A stretch of 64,000 nt of DNA from Macrostomum lignano (lineage: Eukaryota). The notes under the pieces are model-generated. The model was not told where the DNA came from, searched no databases, and saw only the letters and a program-made list of their open reading frames with translations. Made by a program: the position numbers and the translations under genes. This document shows, piece by piece, positions 9,209 through 20,324 of the stretch (its first letter is position 1; every line of letters starts with the position of its first letter). The DNA lies in assembly GCA_002269645.1 (NCBI GenBank), contig NIVC01000297.1:62001-126000 (forward strand). The letters are read 5' to 3'.

Positions 9209-12200
9209 TTAATTCGCAACAAAAAAATCCGGTTTCTTCAGTTTTGACCGGTCACGCAAAACACGTTGGTTCGGATGCTGTTTCACATCTTGGCCGTCCT
9301 TTGGCTTGATATCGAAGCTTGATGACGCGGCTAACTTTCGAGTTTTGTCTATGGCCCGCGAAGACTTGCCAGTCTGACCATGATGCTCTAGATTTGGTCC
9401 CGTCGATTCAGCTTCCTCTTTTGCATCCTTTTTCAACTTGTAGCTATTCTTGGCATTGTGTGCTTGCGTTAGTTCTGTGTCGAAATCACACTGTGGCTGG
9501 GGCAAAACTTCGGTTTCAGATTTGATCAGATGATCCACGTGTCGTTTCCAGATTTGTCCGTTGACTTCCACGTGGTAGGACAGCGGCCCAGTCTGTTTCA
9601 ACACTTTGGCTTGAGCCCACTTGTTTTCTTTTTCCCTCCTGAAATCAAGAGCTAGCACTATATCTCCAGCCTGAAACTCTCGGTGAGGAATATGTTCCCG
9701 GCGCATCATCTGCTTACTTTGCGAATCCAGGACTCTCCCGTATGTGTCTGGCTTCAGGAAGTCCAGCCTTGTCCGTCTTGCATACGCAAGCATCATCTCG
9801 GCAGGTGACTTGCCCGTTGTGCTATGAGGCGTGCTTCTATAGCGGAATAGGAAATTGTGCAGGCTCAGCATGGCATCACCGTGGCTCTTCATGCCTGCTC
9901 TGATCGCATTCTTGGCTGTTTGAACCATTCGCTCACTGAGCCCGTTGGTTCTTGGATGTCCTACAGCACTGAAGATGTGATGGATGTTATTTCGCTTGGT
10001 GAATTCAGCAAACTCCTGTGATGCAAACTGGCTTCCATTGTCGGTCAGTATCTGTCGAGGTATTCCAAACCGAGCAAATGTCTCTCGAAAGCGTTGAATG
10101 GTGTTCGCGGCACTGGCAACTTTCATTGGAAAAACCTCTACCCATTTTGATGTGGCATCCACGATTACCAACCAATTGAATCCGAAACACGGTCCGAAAA
10201 AATCTGCCTGAAGTCTCGTCCATGGCTTTTCTGGCCAACTCAACGGGTGAACAGCAGATTCTGGTGGTTTGCTTCGCTGCAGTTCGCATCCCTTGCATTG
10301 TTTCACAGCTCTTTCAATCTGTTGGTCGATTCCCGGAAACCAAACGTGCAGGCGAGCGATCGATTTCATCGATACAATCCCAGGGTGTCCTTCGTGCAGC
10401 AGGTCCAAAACTTGGTGTTGGAGGCTAGATGGAATGATGGCGCGTATACCCCAGAAGATGACTCCCTGCTCAAGACAGAGTTCGTTTCCTTTCTGACGGT
10501 ATATCTCAAGCTCAAATTCACATTTCTCCGGCCAACCGTTCTGGCAGAACCTGATTACCTTGCTCAGGATAGGATCCCTGGCTGTCTCTCGACGAATCTC
10601 GACAGCGGTGATAGGCAGTTCTTGAAGTCGACGTTCCATGACTTTGTCCACTCGGGACGTCGAACTTGGCAATGGCAACCTGGATAACGCATCAGCGTTG
10701 CCGTGGTCCTCTGTCTTTCGAAATCTTATCTCGTACAGATGAGCAGAGAGCAAGACTGCCCAACGTTGCAATCTGCTAGCTGCGATGCTCGGGATGTCCT
10801 TCTTTTCTCAGAAAATAGTAATTAGAGGCTTATGGTCTGTTACCAAAATAAACTTGTTCCCGAATAGATACTGATGGAACTTCTTGATCCCGAATATGAT
10901 TGATAGCGCTTCTTTTTCCAGCTGAGAATAATTCTGCTCCGCTGGTGACAGTGTCCTTGATGCGTAACTGATAGGCAGCTCGGCACCACCTGGCATTGTG
11001 TGGGACAGAACACATCCGAGCCCATACTTCGAAGCATCAGTGTGTAGAATGATCGGCTTCTTTGGGTCGAAATGCACCAGCAGCCGGTCCGATGTCAGAA
11101 TTGACTTCACAGAGTCCAAAGCAGCTTGGCACTGACTGCTCCAGCTGAATGTCACATCGTTTCTCAGGAGTCGGTTGAGTGGCGCCAGAACAGTTGATGA
11201 GTTGGGTATGAATTTCCCATAGTAGTTAATAAGTCCAACCAAGGATCGAACCTCGGACACACTGGTAGGATTCGGTGCGTTTCTCACAGCAATTACCTTG
11301 TCAGGAGATGGGTGCAGTCCGTCATTATTGATAATATGACCCATGAATTCTACTTTTTTGCAGCCGAAACTTGCACTTGTCCTTGTTGAGTCTGACACCC
11401 CTGTATTGCAGTGTCTTCAACACTTTATGCAGTTTCTGATCGTGTTCCTCGAGTGACCTTCCCGATATTAGAATATCATCGATGTAAGCAACAACTTCCA
11501 GTCCACAGAGAATTTTCTCAATCGCTTCTTGGAACTGAGCAGGAGCAGAAGCCAAGCCCATTGTTAGTCGATTGTACTGATACAATCCCAAGTGTGTATT
11601 GATGGTCGTAAATTTTCTGCTGCTTTCTTCCAACTCCAGCTCCAGCTCCAGCTGCAGTGGATCGAGGCAGTGTCGAGGCAGTGGATACTTGTCCACTTCC
11701 AGCTGTGGATTAATAGTCCTCTTGAAGTCCGCGCAGATCCTGATTGATTTCCCATCTTTCTTCAGCACTGGCACAATGGGAGAAGCACAATCTGATGAAC
11801 TCAGCTTTGATATGATCCCTTCGTTGACAAGGTTATTGAGTTCGTCCTCAATAAGCTTCTTCATTGCAAACGGTACAGGTCTGCTCTTGTGAAACTTCGG
11901 ACAGTAATCCTCACGAACAATGATCCTTGCTTTCGCGTTGTTGATGAGTCCGAGTCCAGACGAAAACACCTCCGGGTAAGCCTCAAAGATGGATTTTGGT
12001 GAAAAGGTGCTTCCAATTTCAGCCACGTGGACAACCTTCTGCCAATCCAGCTTAAGGATATTCAGCCAGTCCCTTCCTAGCAAATTCGATCCGTTGCCCT
12101 TAACCACCAAAACTTTCAGCTTATGCTGCAGTCCTCCATGAGTGACTTCGACTAGAGCTTCACCGAGCGTCGGAATTGCATGGTTCGAGTAACTAAACAG

Positions 12201-13235
12201 TCGCGTTGACGTCTTGCTCAGCTCCAACCCAATATCCTTGTAGCAATGCTCGTTGATTAGCGTTCTGTCGGCTCCTGTATCGATGTTGAACTCAACATTT
12301 GTACTTTGCAGCTTGATCACACACCTGTATGGAGAGCTGACAGTTGAAATGTCGCAGTCGCACCAACGAACAGTTTGTATTTCGCCACTTGATCCTTCAC
12401 TATCAGATTCAGAGTCTTCAGCCATTACTGCTCTTGTCTTCTTGCAGAATCCAGGTTTATTTCGTATATGCCTATGTCTGCTGGCACTTCCGTTTGAGGT
12501 CTTCGTTCGGCATGCGCGTTCGTGATGTCCCTGCTTGGAACACTTTGAGCAAACCTTTTCTCGAAATGGACAACTCTTGGCCCAATGGTCAGTTCCATGG
12601 CAACGATAGCATCCACTCTTGGCACTGCGTCCGGCTTTGTCAAACTTTGTACTTTGACTAAGCTTAGGTCGGCTACCTTTGGACAAGTTGATGGTATGTA
12701 CAGACGACCCAGCTATAGCAGCGACCCCTCGATCAGCAGTCTCCATAGCTGTTGCTAGAGTCAGAGCTGTATCCAGTGTGAGCTTGTCCTCTTGGAGCAG
12801 CCGCTGTTGAATTAGTTTGTTTCGAATGCCGCAGACGAGTCGATCTCTCAATGCATCATCTAGGAACTTATCGAATTCGCAGGTTGATGCCAGCTTCCTC
12901 AGACCCACTAAGTAATCGCTTACAGTCTCACCTTCATTCTGGTTGCGATGGTAGAAGTTGTATCTCTCGACAATGAGTTTCTTCTTTGGAGCAAAGTAAT
13001 CCCGCAGCGCTTTCTGAAGAGTTGCGTACGTTTCGTCCTTGGGCTTCTTAGGAGACACCAGATCTCGAAGCAGCGCGTAGCAGTCATCACCGATTGCTGT
13101 GATCAGTGTAGCCCGCTTTTTGGCCTCGTCTTCAATCTTCTCCAGGATGAACAACTGCTCCAGTCGCTCCTCGTAGGCTTCCCATTTGTCTGGCTGGTCT
13201 GTGGAGAATTCGCTGATTTTCATCCTCGTCGCCAT
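9209..13235 (-). pseudogene. Disrupted gag-pol polyprotein (gag-PR-RT-RH-IN)
   Basis: In-frame RT deletion (YPLPR followed directly by ..LQLELE.., missing the usual LF...FSKLDL..AY stretch); +1 frameshift near 11368 (KCKF/GCKKVEF); in-frame TGA at 10810-10808 in TIF*EKKDIPSIAASRLQRW. Confidence 0.9.
13221..13234 (-). promoter_or_regulatory. Primer-binding site TGGCGACGAGGATG, probably tRNA-Ser(GCU)
   Basis: 1 nt inside the 5' LTR; complementary to ...CATCCTCGTCGCCA, the 3' end of metazoan tRNA-Ser(GCU) as recalled. Confidence 0.75.
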
Positions 13236-13437
13236 TGTTACGTCTTTTCACAAATCACGTAGTCACTAAGTAAAGCAACTTAGAAGTTTAGTCAGCTCAA
13301 GGCTCTGGCTTTTACGCCGTGTGTATTTCTCGCACGTTAGCGTCTAACTTAGCGAACTGTCTCTCTTTTAATCCAGCTCAACTTCAGCTCACAGGCTTGC
13401 CCATAGACATAGTTCGTACTAAAAGGCATACATATCA
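13236..13437 (-). repeat. 5' LTR (202 bp)
   Basis: Near-identical to 8697-8898; followed on the minus strand by the PBS. Confidence 0.95.
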
Positions 13438-14051
13438 ACTCGGTCGTCACCAAGCCAAGGACCGCCCTGACACGGGCGCTGCATTGTTTCTAAGATAAAA
13501 AGCTTTATTGCTCACGTATGTTTGAAGAAATACATTGCCAAGATAAGCGAGCGATAGTTTATTTGTTTAAGCAGCGCCAATTCAGCAGTTTGTGGGACTT
13601 CAGATATTTAGGGAATAGAAAATTAACTCTTGATTCCAACTGCTAGGTTCTGTAAAAACGTTTTCTGTTGGAGACGTAGACGGTCAGAAGTTTTCTAAGA
13701 ATCCTTCTAATGGTCTGGGATAAACACTGCCGCTGCGTGGGTGACATTATCCACCCACCGCCACCCACACCCGTATTTACAGCCGGACTGACGGACCCCA
13801 CTCTGCTGGTAGCATCAGCCCCTCCCGGGTGGCCCCGCCCAGACCGGTGCAGTGAGCCGCCTACAGCTGAATTGGCCTGCCTGATTTCACCGGATTGCAG
13901 AGCCAGCAGCTTCTACTGGCATAGCCCTGTGCGATGGATGGCTCTGCACTTCGATGCGCCTCGCATGCATCAACCAACTGCTAGAAGCACGAGCGCAAAA
14001 CGCATCGCTCATTGGGTCTTTTAGTTTGAAACTGCTGTGCGGTCACTGCGG

Positions 14052-16405
14052 TCACTTCCCCGCCGCCGGGGCCTCGCCCGCGCCGCCGCCGCCCTTGAAC
14101 TTGACGCGCACGAAACTCTCCGGCACCTCAACGCCGTGCACCGCGCAGTTGTAGAAGGTCATCTCCGACTTGCTGTCGGCGCCACCCTCCGCAGCCTCCT
14201 GGCCGATGCTGCCTTCCTCATCGTCCTCCTCCGAATCGGAGACGAAGACCTCGGACAGGCCGGCCACGGAGCTGGGCCGGCTGCCGCAGCTGGTGGACGG
14301 GTGGCGCTGGTGCGGCTGGTGCGGCTGCTGGCCGGACCGGATCGACGGGGCTAGCGAGGCGAACGGGCTGGCGGCCTGGGAGGCGGTGGCGCCCTCCAGC
14401 CAGCGCTGCACGGGGTGCTTGGTGGACTCGCGCACCTGTGCGAGCTTGCAGCGCAGCGACCACTCGTACTCGATCACCTGCCGAGGGGGCCACGGCGTCA
14501 GCTAAATTCATTGAATATAAAATCAGGACGACTGGAGTAGGACGGGGCACTGAAGTTTCTTAGAAAATCTGTGAAGGCCAGGTTTATGCAAAAATACACT
14601 GCAGAGATGGGAAATTTTCGGCACACAAATAGCAACATATCTGAATAAAAAGCAGAGCGAGTTGCATTGCTTCACCGGGTTTTGTAAAGCTTTCTTCGTC
14701 AACAAGGCAGCCTTCAAAGTCGCTTTAAGAAAGGAACGATTCGCAGATCCCTCGTAAAATGTGCAGATTTTACTGGATGCCATGTACGAGGGCAGTCCAA
14801 AAAGTAGTGTTACTTTTCATTATCTCTTGTTATGCTGATCCAAATAACATCATTTTGCACAGATTTATAGCGGCAACTCTCTTCTTTATTTTAACTTTAA
14901 CATCATTAAAAACAGACAATGGAAACAAAAGTTATAATAAACTAAAATGTAGCAGGACCTTGAGAATAGACTTACAGTAAGTAGGCAAGTTAACAAAAAT
15001 TCGAAGTGGTAGCTGACAAATGGGTAACTGGCCGCAGTGAATGCTGCAAAATGACTCCGGTAAATGACTGCTAAGACCCATGAGCCGATGAAGTTGAGCA
15101 TGAATCTCGGCTCAACTGTCCCCCGTCCCCCAAAGGGTGTATATCACACTCCTCTGAGCAACACTTGAATGCACATCGAGGAATTTTAGCGCAGAAAAGA
15201 GGGAACAAACAGCAATAAAGCTGAAGCCCAGTTTAAAATATTCTGTTGCTTTAAAAGCTATATGCTTCTCCAAGTGTTTACATACATGTAGATATCTCTT
15301 TGTCACAGCAGCCTAACAAAGAAGTCTGAGTGCATTCAATCAAAAGTACTTTCGCTACTTTCCGCTAACTTGTCGAATTACTGTAAGTCTGGTCGAGGTC
15401 CTGCTACATTTTAGTTCATAACTTTTGTTTACATTGTCTGTTTTTAATGATGTTAAAGTTAAAATAAAGAAGAGAGTTGCCGCTATAAATTTGTGCAAAA
15501 TCAGCTTTTCCACATGACTCGCCTTCTGCACTAGACTTCGGAATTGCGCTGGAAATGCAGCTACGTTTTCTGAAGGGGATTTCGCAAGGTTCGCTGAACC
15601 GCACAGCGCTGAATGGCTCTTCGCCAACGGAAAGACCGCACCAGAATGATTGAAACAACTGCATGAAATTTCGGCGGAACTCTGCTTGCTTCCCCGTCTC
15701 CAATGCCAGCCTTTTCCCGGGGGTTGGGGTCAGTCGATCCCCTTGACTACCCCTGGATCCGCCAGTGAGTTCAAGCTCCGAGTTTGAGATGCATTTGAGC
15801 AATGTAATAACTATACTAAGGGCTATACTATAACTATACTATCGGGAGGGGGAGGTCAAAGGACTCCCTTGACCCCCTTGGATCCGCCAATACCGTGGTC
15901 TTCAGTAGCATTTCAAGCGAATATACATGCCGCTTGATAATTTGAGTGCACAGCTCAAACGAAACGCATGCTTGCTCTATTTGAAATTCGGAAGGTGATT
16001 TTAATTGCCAGTGGGCGTCCATTCTTAGCCGTCCATGGTTGCCCATGGTTGTTGGCTGCAGCCGCTCACCTGCGATTCGAGGCTCTCCAGCCTCTGCAGC
16101 TCCAGAGGCTGCTGCGGCTGAGGCGTTTGACTCTCGGCTTCCGCCGCAAGCGCTGCATCCCCGGCTTCATCCGCTGCCTCCGTCTGGCGGTCCTCCTCGT
16201 CCGCCGCGGCCAGCAGGAGGACTTTATTGGCGTAGGCCTCGCCCAGGTCGTGATAGACCGGCTGCCGCTCGTCGTCAAGGACGCTGAGAATCTCCAGGTA
16301 GGCGGCCATGGCCAGCTCGTTGCGCAGTGTGGCCTCGTCCGGCTCCTGGAAGTCCGTCTGGCTGGCCACGGAGCGCTGCAGGCCGGTGTCGCTGAGGTCT
16401 GCCAT
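14052..16405 (-). CDS. Uncharacterised two-exon protein (16405-16070, 14477-14052; 253 aa), acidic with helical segments; may extend upstream (frame open to 16741)
   Basis: Canonical phase-0 intron (cag|gtgagc ... cggcag|gtg) joins LESQ|VIEYEW; high GC3 in both exons; no family recognised. Confidence 0.7.
14852..15501. repeat. Foldback/MITE-like inverted repeat: arms about 14852-14980 and 15378-15501, spacer about 400 bp, intronic
   Basis: attttgcacagatttatagcggcaactct...cttacagtaa is the reverse complement of ttactgtaagtct...cgctataaatttgtgcaaaat with few mismatches. Confidence 0.85.
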
Positions 16406-17309
16406 GCTTTGGGCGCTGCGCTGGGGGAGTTGGCCGCGGCCTGCCAGTTTTATCCTGGCGCATGACGCATGCTGCTGGAAGTCTTCCCAACCTACCCGGC
16501 CCCTCTCTGTCCCAAAAACCGCCAGCCCTGTGTGCCAATGTGCGTCTCGGCGCGGGGCTGCGTCGGGAATTTCTCTGGACCCCTGTGACTCGCCATGCAG
16601 TTCGCCGTCGAGCGGCCGCTGCTGCAGATCGATGCCCCTTCCGTGCAGAGCAACCTGTAGCAACATCACGTGTTGGCACGGACCGGCCTGTACACCAGGC
16701 TGGCTGATCTGGGGAACGGAGGTCCACTGGAAGGGAAACATATGGGAAAATTCCAGGTGCAGAAAGCGGGAGATGCTGGTGGAAGTGAAAGGAAAGAAAG
16801 GAAAAGACAGAGCAGAACACGACTGACAGGACAGATAGGACAGGACACGACTGACAGGACAGGACAGGAAGGGTCAGACAGGGTTAGACAGTCACTCGTA
16901 CACGCCACAAGGGCAAGACAAATGCAGTGTCAGACAGGGACGCCTTCCTCAGTGCTGTAAGCTGATCTCAGGCGTGCGGGCTGAACACGTCGGTTGTTCG
17001 AATCCTGGAGGATACCTGCGCATGCAGTTGGCTGTGATGGAATGGTCGTAAGACAAAATTCCTATGAAGCGTTAAAATAAAGAGTCCTCACTTTTTAACA
17101 CATGCTCTCGTTATAACAAAAATCTTAACGGTAAATCGTAATTATAAACTAACGATTTCTAATTTTTCTACTTTACAAATTCAAGTTTGCTAAATAGACT
17201 AATTAAAAAATATCTTAACGACAGTCCGTAAGTATTAATGAAAACTCCTATGAAAATATCTGGTCTGGGTGCGAGAGGGTGAGACAGGGAGAGTAGAATG
17301 GAGAGAAAG

Positions 17310-17825
17310 GTAGAGAGAGTGAGACACAGAGACTGAGGCAGGGAGAGTGAGACACAGAGACTGAGGCAGGGAGAGTGAGACACAGAGACTGAGGCAGGGA
17401 GAGTGAGACAGAGACTGAGGCAGGGAGAGTGAGACAGAGACTGAGGCAGGGAGAGTGAGACAGAGACTGAGGCAGGGAGAGTGAGACACAGAGACTGAGG
17501 CAGGGAGAGTGAGACACAGAGACTGAGGCAGGGAGAGTGAGACACAGAGACTGAGGCAGGGAGAGTGAGACACAGAGAGTGAGGCAGGGAGAGTGAGACA
17601 CAGAGACTGAGGCAGGGAGAGTGAGACATAGAGACTGAGGCAGGGAGAGTGAGACACAGAGACTGAGGCAGGGAGAGTGAGACACAGAGACTGAGGCAGG
17701 GAGAGTGAGACACAGAGACTGAGGCAGGGAGAGTGAGACACAGAGACTGAGGCAGGGAGAGTGAGACACAGAGACTGAGGCAGGGAGAGTGAGACACAGT
17801 GACTGAGGCAGGGAGAGTGAGACAA
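17310..17825. repeat. 28-bp purine-rich minisatellite (gagactgaggcagggagagtgagacaca)
   Basis: Direct tandem units; probably intronic (gtaagt at 17228, ccag at 17874). Confidence 0.93.
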
Positions 17826-18045
17826 AGACAGAGAGTGAGACAGAGGCCGAGTGGGATAAGGCGTTGACTGCCAGTCAAACTTCAAGCCAATAGCCGTCAA
17901 TCAGCAGCAGCTCAGCCTGTTGTCCATCGACTCCGTCCCGGAGCTGCCTCAACTCGATTCGCTGGCGCGGCTCCACATCCTCCTCACCAGCTTAAGTCAG
18001 GTGGTGCCTGAGCGCCTCCTCGCGGACCGGCAAGCAGCTCAAGGC

Positions 18046-19122
18046 ATGGCCCACTGGAAGTACTTTCCCGGCGACTATCTAGTAATGTTTGCCGTGGCAA
18101 CCATTCTGACGGCGCTGCTCAGCTACTATTCCGCTTGCTGCTGCCTGCGCAGGTGCTGCCAGCCGCAGCAGCCGCCGCAGAGTCGATGGCGGATCCCGAC
18201 CGACTATAACCGAGGACGACCGCTGCCCTCCCTGGAGCCCGACAACTACAGCGACGAGTTTGAGTACTGCTACCGTTGCCGGGCCTTCGTGTTGGCGGAG
18301 GACAGCGACGGCTGCTGCATCGGAGGCCGCGAGCACGTCACCAGCCGGGAGCTCTTCCGCATGACCGCGCGAGCGGCGACTACCGAGCCACCTGCCGCCG
18401 AGCCTCCGGCAGCTGGCGACGCTGATACAGACTCTGGGAGCGATGAAGGCGGCAAAGAAGAAACCGGCGGCGCCAAAGGAGAGACCGGCGGCGCTAAAGG
18501 AGAGACCGGCGGCATTAAAGAAGAGGCTGGTGGCGCTAAAAGAAAGGCTGGTGGCGCCAAAGGAGAGACCGGCGGCACCAAAGAAGAGACCGGCGGCACC
18601 AAAGAAGAGACCGGAGGCGCCAAAGGAGAGACCGGCGGCGCCAAAAAAGAGACCGGCGGCGCCAAAAAAGAGACCGGCGGCGCCAAAGGAGAGACCGGCG
18701 GCACCAAAGAAGAGACCAGCGGCACCAAAGAAGAGACCGGAGGCGCCAAAGGAGAGACCGGAGGCGCCAAAGGAGAGACCGGCGGCGCCAAAAAAGAGAC
18801 CGGCGGCGCCAAAGGAGAGACCGGAGGCGCCAAAAAAGAGACCGGCGGCGCCAAAGGAGAGACCGGCGGCGCCAAAAAAGAGACCGGCGGCGCCAAAGGA
18901 GAGACCGGAGGCGCCAAAAAAGAGACCGGCGGCGCCAAAACAGAGACCGGCGGCGCCAAAGGAGAGACCGGCGGCACCAAAGAAGAGACCGGCGGCACCA
19001 AAGAAGAGACCGGAGGCGCCAAAAAAGAGACCGGCGGCGCCAAAGGAGAGACCGGCGGCAAGATCAAAGAAGGGTCGCCCAGGCCAGCCGCCCGGCCAAA
19101 GCTGGAGCAGACGAGTTTTTAG
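18046..19122 (+). CDS. Single-pass membrane protein with Cys cluster and about 29 GGAK(G/K/E)ET heptad repeats; first ATG 18046, frame open from acceptor 17875
   Basis: Hydrophobic YLVMFAVATILTALLSYYSA followed by CCCLRRCC; CYRC..CC..H motif; 21-bp coding repeat 18450-19065 with no flanking GT donor. Confidence 0.65.
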   Translation: MAHWKYFPGDYLVMFAVATILTALLSYYSACCCLRRCCQPQQPPQSRWRIPTDYNRGRPLPSLEPDNYSDEFEYCYRCRAFVLAEDSDGCCIGGREHVTSRELFRMTARAATTEPPAAEPPAAGDADTDSGSDEGGKEETGGAKGETGGAKGETGGIKEEAGGAKRKAGGAKGETGGTKEETGGTKEETGGAKGETGGAKKETGGAKKETGGAKGETGGTKEETSGTKEETGGAKGETGGAKGETGGAKKETGGAKGETGGAKKETGGAKGETGGAKKETGGAKGETGGAKKETGGAKTETGGAKGETGGTKEETGGTKEETGGAKKETGGAKGETGGKIKEGSPRPAARPKLEQTSF

Positions 19123-20324
19123 GCCGCCATCAAAAACGCCTGATCGATTTGCAGCAAATAACTGATGAAGCGCGCGCCAGTCCGAGCTAGCGGACTCCTA
19201 GGACGCAAAAAACTTTATGATTCATCTACCGATTTCAAAATCTGCCCAATGCATTAAAGACCATTTTAAACGCCTAAAGAAGGCATGGTCTCGTATTTAG
19301 TGTTCCTGCGTCCTCGTAAGCCAATTATCCAATCTTGAAGGCTTTGATTTCTGTTGTTTCGGCAAACTGCGCCCCCAGTGTTGCTTCTGTCTGGCGAGGT
19401 GCAGAGTGCAGGACAGCTAAATTTCAGTGCGGGTCACTTCTGCTCAAGTCTGATTCCATCGAGAGAACAGAAAGCGTATTATTGCAAACCTGAACCGTTT
19501 TATCTATCTTTGGCTTTTGGAGGGGCCCTCTCGAATCGATTCCAACGCTTGGCGAGAAGCAGCGCTCACTTCTATTGCTGTTCGCCGCTCCCTTGCACAA
19601 TACAAGCGTATTAGCCCCCCGTTACCACTGACCCGCCAAGCTTAACTCAAGAGGCCTCCTGATTGGCTGAAGGCTCATCACAAGGACAACCTGATTAACC
19701 AAAAGACAGAGCTAACGCAGAACAAGCTCAAATGCTTAGGGCTTAGTTTGAGGGCGAAACGATTTAGCGAACAAAAGAGCAATTATAGAGCAGGAAAAAT
19801 ATTTTATTGTGCTTCATTAATTAAGTAAGTAAGCATTACAGCTCTGGTTTAAGTATGGTGAAGTCATAACGCTGCGATAGCATTTGGTACGGCTACATGT
19901 ACAGTAGGGACAGCAAGGCTTGTCAAGCCGGACGACACAAAAACCGGTGCTTACGAAACAAAATTCCTCCGGTAACAGGCGATGAACCGATTCGGGATGA
20001 GTAATTGATTAACTGAGAGCATCGATGGGAGCATAGCGGCCGGGGTGCACGACTAACCCGAATATCACGGCAGTCGGCAGAAAACTCAGCAAAAAACCGA
20101 GAAAAACCAAGACTAGGCGGCCAGGAAGAGACGGCGGATGGGGAAGATGCTGAGCATTGATAAACAAGTTACGCGAGCGTCGAAACGGAAGAGCCTTGGA
20201 GCCAGTGGAGCCTTGAGAAAATTGAAAACAATACTTCGTACGCCGGATAGGAGCTGGCCCGCTCTGCCAGGAAAGTCCCAGAGAAACCTGGCCAGTCAGC
20301 ATAGCCCTGGGTTCCGACCGCGGC

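Larger units (their letters stand above)
8697..13437 (-). mobile_element. Ty3/Gypsy LTR retrotransposon, Mag-like clade, full length with both LTRs but coding-disabled
   Basis: Two 202-bp direct repeats with TG..CA ends; PBS; PPT; gag with two CCHC knuckles, protease (FNIDTGA), RT (YIDD), RNase H (LHTDASKYGLG) and integrase (HHCC, D-D-E) in Gypsy order. No target-site duplication visible. Confidence 0.95.
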
